Source of the DNA: Candidatus Kryptoniota bacterium
GTDB taxonomy: Bacteria > Bacteroidota > Ignavibacteria > Kryptoniales > Kryptoniaceae
NCBI GenBank assembly: GCA_938074445.1
Contig: CALJEK010000022.1
Location: forward strand, 33,444-97,443
Reading direction: 5' to 3'
DNA length: 64,000 nucleotides
The notes under the pieces: model-generated
The model's database searches: none
What the model was told of the DNA's origin: nothing
The model's input: only the letters and a program-made list of their open reading frames with translations
Part shown: one piece after another, positions 56,265 to 64,000 of the stretch
How the letters are laid out: each line of letters opens with the position of its first letter
How positions within the stretch are numbered: the first letter of the stretch is position 1
Position numbers and translations under genes: made by a program

Positions 56265-57038
56265 ATGGAGTTTTACCTTACAACATTTTTTGTATTCATT
56301 TTGATTTTTGTTCGAATTCTAAGTTTTCTTTCTGCTTCACCCATTTTAGGGCATTCTGTTTTGCCTTTTCAATTGAGATTCTGGTTAGGCATTTTTTTAA
56401 GCTACATTTTTTTGCTTATGATAGATGTTAAAAGTTTAAATCTTTCGGTTGAGTTGTTTGGTTTCATAATCTTGGTTTTAAAAGAAGTTGTGCTTGGCTT
56501 AATGCTTGGTTTTTCAGCGTGGGGGATTTTCTATGGCGTTCAATTTGCAGGTCATTTAATTGGATTTGACATTGGATTTTCAACATCAACTGCCTTTGAT
56601 CCTGAGCATTCAGAACCAATTCCAACTTTAAGTCAGTTTAAACAATATTTATCGCTTGTTATCTTTTTGATGTTAAATGGGCATCATTTTTTAATTCAAG
56701 TTCTCAAGTTAAGTTTTGAAATTGTGCCGATTTCATCTTTTTCTGTAAACATTGATCTGGTAGATTTCGGTGTTAAATTAATTACCTTTGTTTTTGTCTC
56801 CGCAGTTAAAATAAGTGCCCCCGTCCTTGTTTCTTTATTTTTAACTGACTTATCAATAGGACTCTTATCTCGGGCATTTCCACAGATGAACATTTTCATG
56901 TTTGCTTTTTCATTGAAGATAATCATTGGATTTATTGCTTTAATTGTGGTGATGCCGTTTTTTGTCTTCGTTTTTAAGAATCTTCTCCTTGAGTTTGAAA
57001 AAGATCTGATTGAACTTTTAAAAGTAATTGGTTCTTGA
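56265..57038 (+). CDS. fliR: Flagellar export gate protein FliR
   Basis: 257 aa polytopic membrane protein in the fliQ-flhB position. FliR-like pattern (RAFPQMNIFMFAFSLKI). Confidence 0.9.
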   Translation: MEFYLTTFFVFILIFVRILSFLSASPILGHSVLPFQLRFWLGIFLSYIFLLMIDVKSLNLSVELFGFIILVLKEVVLGLMLGFSAWGIFYGVQFAGHLIGFDIGFSTSTAFDPEHSEPIPTLSQFKQYLSLVIFLMLNGHHFLIQVLKLSFEIVPISSFSVNIDLVDFGVKLITFVFVSAVKISAPVLVSLFLTDLSIGLLSRAFPQMNIFMFAFSLKIIIGFIALIVVMPFFVFVFKNLLLEFEKDLIELLKVIGS

Positions 57039-57039
57039 A

Positions 57040-58122
57040 ATGGCGGAGGAGTTTCAAGAGCGAACTGAACAAGCGACGCCCAAAAGAAAAGAAGATGCAA
57101 GAAAAAAGGGGAAGGTTGCAAAAAGCTACGATTTCAATTCCTCGCTTATTATATTGGTTTCAACAGGGGTATTTTATTTCTGCTTTAGCTTTATATATCA
57201 AAAAATCGCAAACTTAACTAAATTTGTTTTGTCCAATTTGCATGCGATTGAGATAACTGCCAAGAACGTTGGTGGGTATGCGTTTTCACTTTTTTCTTTT
57301 ATAGCGTTGAACTTTTTCCCTTTGATGATTCTTTTAACGGCGCTGGGAGTTGGTGTAAACATTGCTCAAACTGGATATATTTTCACGCTTGAGCCGTTAA
57401 AGTTTGACTTTGAAAAGTTAAACCCAATCAATGGTATAAAGAAAATTCTTTTATCGAGGCGAAGTTTATTTGAGCTCGGAAAGGGCTTTTTGAAAATCGG
57501 GATAATTGGGTTTACCGCTTATCTTACGCTGAAAAGCATGGTTGATGATGTGGTTGTTTTAATTGATTCGGATATCGAAAAGATATCAAGTTTTATGGTC
57601 AGCTCAATTTTTTCGCTTATGTTAAAAACGGGGATTGTGTATTTTTTAGTCGCGATTTTTGATTTCGCTTTTCAAAAGTGGGAATATGAAAGAGAGTTGA
57701 GAATGACAAGACATGAAATAAAGGAGGAGATTAAGGAGCTTGAAGGAGACCCACATATTAAAGCTCGGATAAGGCGAAAGCAAGCTGAAATTGCAAAAAG
57801 GAGAATGATGCAAAATGTTCCTAAATCGGACGTCATCATAACAAACCCGACGCATATCGCCGTTGCGCTAAAGTATGATTCGAAGAAGATGAACGCTCCA
57901 AAAGTTGTTGCAAAGGGGATGAATTTGATCGCCGAAAGAATAAAAGAAATAGCGAAGGAGCATAAAATACCAATAGTTGAAGATAAACCCCTCGCCCAAG
58001 CACTTTACAAAATGGTCGAAGTTGATGAGGAAATTCCACCACAACTTTATAAAGCGGTTGCGAGAGTTCTTGCTTATGTTTATCAGTTAAAAAAGAAAAG
58101 TTATAGCGTCGTGAATGAGTGA
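57040..58122 (+). CDS. flhB: Flagellar export switch protein FlhB
   Basis: N-terminus MAEEFQERTEQATPKRKEDARKKGKVAKS, four TM helices and the NPTH autocleavage site (VIITNPTHIAVAL). Confidence 0.95.
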   Translation: MAEEFQERTEQATPKRKEDARKKGKVAKSYDFNSSLIILVSTGVFYFCFSFIYQKIANLTKFVLSNLHAIEITAKNVGGYAFSLFSFIALNFFPLMILLTALGVGVNIAQTGYIFTLEPLKFDFEKLNPINGIKKILLSRRSLFELGKGFLKIGIIGFTAYLTLKSMVDDVVVLIDSDIEKISSFMVSSIFSLMLKTGIVYFLVAIFDFAFQKWEYERELRMTRHEIKEEIKELEGDPHIKARIRRKQAEIAKRRMMQNVPKSDVIITNPTHIAVALKYDSKKMNAPKVVAKGMNLIAERIKEIAKEHKIPIVEDKPLAQALYKMVEVDEEIPPQLYKAVARVLAYVYQLKKKSYSVVNE

Positions 58123-60196
58123 AAATGGATTTTTACAAAGTTTAGGGCGGAATAGCGATGTTATCCTTGCGATCGCAGTAATTTCAATTCTCGTTTTTAT
58201 GATTCTTCCTTTGCCGACCTTCCTTCTCGATATCTTAATTGCATTCAATATAACTTTTTCTGTGATCATTCTTTTAATATCGATGTACATAACAAGTCCG
58301 CTTGAGCTATCTATTTTCCCGGGTTTGTTGTTAATTATCACGCTTTTCAGATTAAGTTTAAATGTTGCATCGACAAGATTAATTCTTGGTGATGGGTACG
58401 CAGGTAAAATAATTTTTGCTTTTGGTTCTTTTGTCGTGAAAGGAAATTACATAGTTGGTTTTATTGTGTTTTTAATTCTTGTTGTGATACAGTTTGTTGT
58501 AATAACAAAAGGAGCGAGCCGAATTGCAGAGGTCGCTGCCAGATTCACGCTTGATGCTATGCCCGGTAAGCAAATGAGTATAGATGCGGATTTAAATGCT
58601 GGTCTTATAACCGAGGAAGAAGCGCGAAGAAGAAGGACTTTGATCCAAAGAGAAGCTGAATTTTATGGTGCAATGGATGGAGCAAGTAAATTTGTTCGGG
58701 GGGATGCAATAGCTGGTTTAATTATAACGCTGATAAATATAGTGGGCGGATTAATAATCGGTGTTTTACAGCGGGGGATGACGTTTACAGAAGCCTTGCA
58801 GAATTATACACTTCTTACAATCGGTGATGGTCTTGTTTCACAGATACCTGCTTTAATTATTTCTGTTTCCGCTGGAATGGTGGTGACAAGAAATGCCTCA
58901 GGGAATCAGTTTGATGTTGAGGTTAAGGGGCAAATTTTTCAACGTCCCAAAGCCTTGCTTATCGCTTCGGGTGTCCTTGCATTTTTTGCTATTGTCCCCG
59001 GGCTTCCGATGTTACCGTTTCTAATTCTTTCGGTGATAACCGGAGTAGCAGGGTATTTTGGAACAAAGTTTGAAAAAGATAAATCAGATGTTTCGGAGAT
59101 TAAACCAAAGACTGTTCCACAGGTTGAAGAGAAAATTGAAAAACTCGTTCAAATCGATCCTATTGAGATTGAAATTGGTTACGGTTTAATCCCACTTGCT
59201 GATGAGGAACAGGGTGGGACATTGTTTAAACGGATAATTGGAGTTAGAAAGCAGCTTGCCCTTGAGCTGGGTATAATTGTTCCACCAATTAGAGTGAGGG
59301 ATAACATTTACCTTGAACCAAATGAGTATGTTATAAAAATTCGTGGGAATAAGGTTGCTGGTGGCGAGGTTAAACCAGGTTATTACCTTGCTATGAACCC
59401 TGGGACAGCTGAAGAAGAAATTCATGACGCTATAAAAGTCAAAGACCCTGTTTACGGATTTGACGCTTACTGGGTCGCAGCACACAAAAAGGAAGAAGCA
59501 GAAATCATGGGGTATACAGTTGTTGAGCCTGTTTCGGTCATTGTAACTCATTTAGTAGAAATTTTGAGAAGAAATGCGGGTAAGATTTTAAGCAGGCAAG
59601 ATACAAAGACCTTGATTGACAGTTTGCGGGATAATTATCCAGCACTTGTTGATGAGATAACCCCAGATGTTCTACCAATTGGAACAATCCAAAAAGTTTT
59701 GCAAAATCTCCTAAACGAAGGGATACCAATTCGCGATATGGTTACGATTCTTGAAGCATTGCTTGACTATTCAAGGGTTACGAAAAATGTTGATGTTTTG
59801 ACCGAATATGTTCGTCACTCGCTTTCCGAGACGATCGCGAGGCTTTACCGAACTGAAAGTAATCTCATACCAGCCATACAACTCGATCCAAGAATTGAAG
59901 ACTTAATAACGCAATCACTTCAGCAGTCCTCTGCCCAATCATCCCCAACCCTTGGATTACCACCCGATATCATTCGCGCATTAAATTCAAGTTTGGCAGA
60001 AAATGTTAAAAAGGCAAAAGATTTGGGCTATCGACCTGTTGTGGTTTGCTCGGCAACCGTTCGCTTGTACTTCTATCGTTTAATTCATTCAACATTCCCA
60101 GATGTAAGTGTGATTTCGTACACGGAGTTGCCCGCAGATGTTGATATTGAAGTAATAGGCAGGATCAAAATTAATAATCATGCTAATTCAGAGTAG
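58115..60196 (+). CDS. flhA: Flagellar export apparatus protein FlhA
   Basis: 693 aa. FHIPEP region (RFTLDAMPGKQMSIDADLNAG, REAEFYGAMDGASKFVRGDAIAG) and a large cytoplasmic C-domain. Confidence 0.97.
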   Translation: MSENGFLQSLGRNSDVILAIAVISILVFMILPLPTFLLDILIAFNITFSVIILLISMYITSPLELSIFPGLLLIITLFRLSLNVASTRLILGDGYAGKIIFAFGSFVVKGNYIVGFIVFLILVVIQFVVITKGASRIAEVAARFTLDAMPGKQMSIDADLNAGLITEEEARRRRTLIQREAEFYGAMDGASKFVRGDAIAGLIITLINIVGGLIIGVLQRGMTFTEALQNYTLLTIGDGLVSQIPALIISVSAGMVVTRNASGNQFDVEVKGQIFQRPKALLIASGVLAFFAIVPGLPMLPFLILSVITGVAGYFGTKFEKDKSDVSEIKPKTVPQVEEKIEKLVQIDPIEIEIGYGLIPLADEEQGGTLFKRIIGVRKQLALELGIIVPPIRVRDNIYLEPNEYVIKIRGNKVAGGEVKPGYYLAMNPGTAEEEIHDAIKVKDPVYGFDAYWVAAHKKEEAEIMGYTVVEPVSVIVTHLVEILRRNAGKILSRQDTKTLIDSLRDNYPALVDEITPDVLPIGTIQKVLQNLLNEGIPIRDMVTILEALLDYSRVTKNVDVLTEYVRHSLSETIARLYRTESNLIPAIQLDPRIEDLITQSLQQSSAQSSPTLGLPPDIIRALNSSLAENVKKAKDLGYRPVVVCSATVRLYFYRLIHSTFPDVSVISYTELPADVDIEVIGRIKINNHANSE

Positions 60197-60308
60197 AGTT
60201 CAAGAAGATAAGTTTTAAAAATCTCAAAGTTGGTTCGGAATGGGGGGAGTTTTATTTTTCATTATTTTGGTTTATTTTATTATGTCGAAAACAAAAGTTT
60301 GGCATTAA

Positions 60309-60815
60309 ATGGATCGTCTTTGGGCGCCTTGGAGGTCAAAATATATTGAAAGCTTTTCAAATGAGAATCCAAATGAGAAGAAAGAATGTCTTTTTTGTGA
60401 AAAGGCTAATTCAACGGATGATGAGAAAAATTTGATCCTACTCAGAGGTGAGCATTGCTATATTATAATGAACTTGTTCCCTTACAATTCTGGACATATA
60501 ATGGTTGTTCCATACAAACACACGTCTAATTTTCCTGATTTATCCAATGATGAAATGCTTGACATTATGAAGCTTATAAAAAAGGGAATTTCAGCCCTTG
60601 AGATTGCCCTTAAACCACATGGATTTAACATTGGGGCAAATCTTGGGAGGGTAAGCGGTGCTGGGGTTGCGGAACACCTCCACTTTCACATAGTCCCAAG
60701 ATGGAATGGAGATACCAATTTTATGCCTGTCATCTCGGAAACTAAGGTAATTTCTGAGCTTTTATCTGATACCTACAGGAAAATTAAAGATGCCCTCTCA
60801 AGGGTTCAGGATTAA
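60309..60815 (+). CDS. HIT-family nucleotide hydrolase/transferase
   Basis: 168 aa. CLFC Zn-type motif and the histidine triad HLHFHIVPR. Confidence 0.85.
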   Translation: MDRLWAPWRSKYIESFSNENPNEKKECLFCEKANSTDDEKNLILLRGEHCYIIMNLFPYNSGHIMVVPYKHTSNFPDLSNDEMLDIMKLIKKGISALEIALKPHGFNIGANLGRVSGAGVAEHLHFHIVPRWNGDTNFMPVISETKVISELLSDTYRKIKDALSRVQD

Positions 60816-60881
60816 ACCTAAATTTATTTTATAGCATCAAAGCAAGTGAAGGAATTTAAAAACAAAAATCGAGAAACAGCC

Positions 60882-61808
60882 ATGCTAAAATCCAAATTCT
60901 CATTTTTAGCGGTGGTTCTTTTGGGGATTGCATTAATAGCGGGGTGCACGAAGGAATCCGGAATTATTTCGCCACTTTCAAATTCGGACAAAGAGGCAAT
61001 AAAACAAGTAATTGAAAGTGATGACTTCATCGCTGGTCTTGATGTTTCTCTAAATGATGGAACATATCTTCCGCCTGATTTCGATTTTAATTCATTTTCA
61101 AAGGGAATTTATCCACTAAGATGGGGTCGTGTCGTTAAGAAAGTGACGAAGGAATATGAATATGAACAGGTAAACGACACGCTTGTGGTTGTGACGGTTA
61201 TAAGAACTGTTGAATCTGATTTAAAGATTGCGGGAACCTACACCCAGGGGAAAACAACACCGGACACAATTATAACAAAACCTCTAAAGGAAGTTTTCAA
61301 ACGAAAAGTTCAAGTTGTTAAAAAAGAAGCTGCCGGGATGAGGGGGTGGAGGATTTGGGCTGTTTCGCTTGTTCAAGGTGGGACTGAAAATCCAAATATA
61401 TTTATTAAGAAAATTGCTCTGACATTGCCAAACGGTAATGTAATTGAAGTGACCGATCCGTTAAATCAATTCTATCGCCCTGGGTTTTTAGGGTTCAGAG
61501 ATGGCGTTCCCGCATTTAACCCATCTCAATCGGTTAAAGTTAGTGTAACTGTTCAAAGTGCGACGCCCGATACCGATATCGTTTCAATGACTTTTGGGGT
61601 TGATAGGTTTGGGTTTCATAGAGCGAGGAAACTTTTTAGATTGGTTTCGCAAAGTGGAAACGAAGAAGTTTACGAGGCGGATGTAAGAGTTCACCTTCAC
61701 AGGGGTTCATTTAACGCTATGATTCATGCAATTTCAAGGGAATCGCTCTTTGATGATTCAGCTCCAGTTTCGGTTTCAGTTTGGGGTGTTCCTTATGTTG
61801 TGTTCTAA
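60882..61808 (+). CDS. Hypothetical lipoprotein (~308 aa)
   Basis: Lipobox LIAGC at the ATG-60882 start. Predicted all-beta composition. No family recognised. Confidence 0.5.
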   Translation: MLKSKFSFLAVVLLGIALIAGCTKESGIISPLSNSDKEAIKQVIESDDFIAGLDVSLNDGTYLPPDFDFNSFSKGIYPLRWGRVVKKVTKEYEYEQVNDTLVVVTVIRTVESDLKIAGTYTQGKTTPDTIITKPLKEVFKRKVQVVKKEAAGMRGWRIWAVSLVQGGTENPNIFIKKIALTLPNGNVIEVTDPLNQFYRPGFLGFRDGVPAFNPSQSVKVSVTVQSATPDTDIVSMTFGVDRFGFHRARKLFRLVSQSGNEEVYEADVRVHLHRGSFNAMIHAISRESLFDDSAPVSVSVWGVPYVVF

Positions 61809-61816
61809 AGATGTGA

Positions 61817-61844
61817 AAGGGCGGGGCATCCCGCCCATTTTTTA
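61817..61844 (+). terminator. Rho-independent terminator/attenuator between the lipoprotein gene and the ECF sigma gene
   Basis: GGGCGGG-gcat-CCCGCCC hairpin followed by ATTTTTT. It ends 5 nt before the sigma-factor ATG. Confidence 0.75.
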
Positions 61845-61848
61845 AATT

Positions 61849-62412
61849 ATGCAAGTTGAGTTGATGCTCAATAGGTCCGATATAGAACTTATAAATGAGT
61901 TTAAAAATGGAAATTTATCGGCGTTTGATGAAATTGTAAAAAGATATCAAAAAAAGGTTTATTTACTTGCGAGAAGAATTCTCACAAATCATGACGATGC
62001 GGATGATGTCGCTCAAGAGGTTTTCATCAAACTTTTTAATTCCCTTCATGAATTTAAAGGCGAATCGAGCTTGTTTACATGGATTTATAGGATAACCGTT
62101 AATGAGTGCAACAATATTTTAAGGAAGAAAAAAATAAAAGAATTTGTGCCGATTGATGAAGTGGCTAATTTTTTAGGGTTAAATCAAACTCCAGAACAGG
62201 AATTATTCAAAAAAGAGGAGAAAAGTTTAATTGAAAGGGCGATTGAAAAGCTTCCCGCAAAGCAAAGAGCTGTTTTCGTGATGCGCTTCTTTGAAAACCT
62301 TGACTATGCGGAAATATCAAAAATACTTAAAAAGCCGATTGGAACTTTGAAAGCAAACTATTTTCATGCGGTTAAAAAAATACAGAGGTTTATTAAGGAT
62401 GAGATGCAATGA
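61849..62412 (+). CDS. ECF-type RNA polymerase sigma factor
   Basis: 187 aa. Region 2 (DVAQEVFIKLFNS, WIYRITVNECNNILRKK) and region 4 (FVMRFFENLDYAEISKILKKPIGTLKANYFHAVKKI). Confidence 0.9.
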   Translation: MQVELMLNRSDIELINEFKNGNLSAFDEIVKRYQKKVYLLARRILTNHDDADDVAQEVFIKLFNSLHEFKGESSLFTWIYRITVNECNNILRKKKIKEFVPIDEVANFLGLNQTPEQELFKKEEKSLIERAIEKLPAKQRAVFVMRFFENLDYAEISKILKKPIGTLKANYFHAVKKIQRFIKDEMQ

Positions 62413-62947
62413 AGTTAAAAATGACCTCGTCGATTATGCGACGGGTAAATTGAATTCGGTTGAAATAGCAGAGCATCTTGAAAGGTGCGAAAGCTGTAAG
62501 TTGGAATTTGAAAAGATAAAAGATGTCGTCTCATTCTTGAGCGAGTATAAAATTGAGGAGCCGTCGGAATTTTACTGGTCAAACTTTCTATATAGGGTTA
62601 AACGTAAAATTTCTGAGCGAGGTAATATTTCCGTTTTTGCTCTGAAGCCGATTTTGTTTGCCCCATCTATGGCTGTTATCATTATTGGAATTTTATTGGG
62701 CATTGGGTTTTCGAATTTGTTTGTGGGTCGGTCGGCAGACTTTTATCTTTCTCAAGTTTCTGAGTTTGAGATGACTGGCGTTTTAATAAAGCCATCCGAG
62801 TTGTCCGATGTCAGTGCTGAGACACTTGACAGAGCAATTTTTCATCTTTATGAAAAATACCAAATACCGCATATTGATGAGGAAATTGAAAATTATCAAG
62901 AGATTGATATCGAGGAGGTCTTAAAGCGGATTGAAAACAAATTCTAA
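62399..62947 (+). CDS. zf-HC2 anti-sigma factor
   Basis: The ATG at 62399 gives MRCNEVKNDLVDY...HLERCESC (C-x24-H-x3-C-x2-C) and one TM helix. 14-nt overlap with the sigma gene. Confidence 0.7.
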   Translation: MRCNEVKNDLVDYATGKLNSVEIAEHLERCESCKLEFEKIKDVVSFLSEYKIEEPSEFYWSNFLYRVKRKISERGNISVFALKPILFAPSMAVIIIGILLGIGFSNLFVGRSADFYLSQVSEFEMTGVLIKPSELSDVSAETLDRAIFHLYEKYQIPHIDEEIENYQEIDIEEVLKRIENKF

Positions 62948-62955
62948 ATTTCAAG

Positions 62956-63423
62956 ATGAAAAGGATAACTTTAATTTTTGGCTTAGTAATTTTTTTGTTG
63001 GGGATGTCATTCGCTCAAGGTCCTATGGTTCAAAGGTGGAGAGAACGTGTGCTTGAGTTTAAGAAAGTTCGCCTTCTTGAAATTTTAAAACTTGATGAAC
63101 AAAATTCTGTTAAGTTTTTAAATAAATACACCAAGTTTTCAAGGGATATGGATGAAATTGAGTTTGAGAGGGGAAAGATTATAGATGAGATGGAAATAAA
63201 ATTACGGAAGGGTGATAAAGAAACCTATGACAAATTAATTCAAGGACTTGTCGAGCTTAACAAAAGAGAGTATAATTTGCGTTTAAACTTTTATGAGGAG
63301 CTAAAACAGATTTTAACGGAACAACAAATCGCGCAGGTGATAGTTTTTGAGAGAAATTTCAGACGTGAGTTTATGGAGACGGTTAGGGAAATGCAAAGGG
63401 AAAGGATGCGCAGAAGGTTTTAG
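62956..63423 (+). CDS. Periplasmic Spy/CpxP-like (LTXXQ-motif) protein
   Basis: 155 aa. Signal peptide, highly helical and charged, LTEQQ motif. Third gene of the ECF module. Confidence 0.6.
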   Translation: MKRITLIFGLVIFLLGMSFAQGPMVQRWRERVLEFKKVRLLEILKLDEQNSVKFLNKYTKFSRDMDEIEFERGKIIDEMEIKLRKGDKETYDKLIQGLVELNKREYNLRLNFYEELKQILTEQQIAQVIVFERNFRREFMETVREMQRERMRRRF

Positions 63424-63425
63424 TT

Positions 63426-64000
63426 TTACTGGTTTAAAATTTTTTCATAAAACATTTCATATTTTGGAATTATTAGATTTTTGTCAAAAAGTTTTTTCGC
63501 TCTCTCGCGGGCTTTTTCCGAAAATTCTTTATATTTGTTTTTGTCCTCAAAAAGTTCAATTACATATGATGCCATTCTTTCAACATTTCCAATCTCAGTC
63601 AAATAGCCAGTTTCCCCATGAAGGACCACTTCGGGGAGCCCTCCAACATTTGTTGCTACAACTGGAAGACCACAGCTCATCGCTTCGAGTGCAGAAAGTC
63701 CAAAGCTCTCAATTTGGCTCGGTAGTATAAATACGTCGGCGGAACATAAAATTTCGTGCAAGGCGTCTTGTTTTCCAAGGAACAAAACATCGTCATATAG
63801 ATTTAATTGTCGGCACAAATTTTGGGCATCCCCTCTTTCGGGTCCATCTCCGACGAAGACAAGTTTGCTTGGGACTTTCTTCCTTACAATTTCAAAAACT
63901 TTTACGACATCTTGAACCCTTTTAACTTTTCTGAAATTGGAGACATGGATCAAAATTTTTTCGCCTTTTGGAGCGATTTTTTTTCTTAATTCTAAATTTT
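63426..64000 (-). CDS. bshA: GT4 glycosyltransferase, BshA-like (N-acetyl-alpha-D-glucosaminyl L-malate synthase), 5' end outside the window
   Basis: C-terminal half only. HVSNFRKVKRV, FVGDGPE, LFLGKQD, PSQIESFGLSALEAMSCGLPVV, GGLPEVVLHGETGYL closely follow the BshA pattern. The frame stays open to position 64000. Confidence 0.75.
   Translation of the reverse strand, partial: NLELRKKIAPKGEKILIHVSNFRKVKRVQDVVKVFEIVRKKVPSKLVFVGDGPERGDAQNLCRQLNLYDDVLFLGKQDALHEILCSADVFILPSQIESFGLSALEAMSCGLPVVATNVGGLPEVVLHGETGYLTEIGNVERMASYVIELFEDKNKYKEFSEKARERAKKLFDKNLIIPKYEMFYEKILNQ

Noticed and set aside
60816-60881. GGAAT ... CGAG sequence upstream of the unknown lipoprotein, as an ECF promoter for the second ECF module.
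   Set aside because: The spacing between the putative -35 and -10 is only ~14 nt, and the -10 does not match CGTC/GTCT-type elements.
1-64000. Scanned for CRISPR arrays, rRNA, tmRNA, RNase P, insertion sequences, toxin-antitoxin or known defence-system genes, and BMC-H/BMC-T shell genes.
   Set aside because: No spaced direct repeats, no ribosomal or other long structured RNA signatures and no transposase, integrase or nuclease families were recognised. The longest non-coding gap is ~260 nt and holds the tRNA. None of the small ORFs has a BMC-H-like sequence.

Overview
This window looks like core chromosome from an AT-rich, probably thermophilic member of the FCB superphylum (Ignavibacteria, Kryptonia or Calditrichaeota-like). 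The lineage guess is inference from a short Bacteroidetes/Chlorobi-type RpoD, a BshA-like glycosyltransferase, a TonB-dependent receptor with a CarboxypepD_reg-like N-terminus and K/E/I-rich proteins. I support about 65 protein genes, one tRNA-Ala(CGC), about 11 GC-rich Rho-independent terminators and a few promoter or operator candidates. Confident housekeeping genes are ispG, a two-subunit PFOR, rpoD, birA, acnA, ruvB, yajC, ribBA, tldD, greA, tsaC, dnaK, clpB, ppiD, rtcB and the flagellar export cluster fliLMNOPQR-flhBA. I see no CRISPR array, rRNA, transposase, integrase, phage gene or recognisable defence system, so most of the window is ordinary. The items that deserve a second look are these. 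(1) Two orphan EutN/CcmL microcompartment-vertex genes plus a Zn-ribbon mini-protein sit directly upstream of rpoD, with no shell hexamer gene anywhere in the window. (2) 16 kb away, an acylating aldehyde dehydrogenase carries an ~80-aa C-terminal tail that looks like an encapsulation peptide, inside a DNA-repair operon. (3) A peroxide-stress island holds a rubredoxin-less rubrerythrin, an HdrD-like CCG Fe-S protein, Dps, DUF3501 and a PerR-like regulator, with a Fur-type box. (4) An ECF sigma/anti-sigma pair, whose anti-sigma ends in a periplasmic CXXCH motif, lies divergent from a cytochrome c peroxidase / Tat-exported metallophosphoesterase / SoxA-TsdA-like cytochrome operon. (5) Sigma-54-type -24/-12 motifs lie upstream of dnaK and fliL. 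(6) A secreted multidomain transglutaminase-like/TPR protein is paired with a CHASE2 cyclase. All functional interpretations beyond family assignment are inference and need database searches or experiments.
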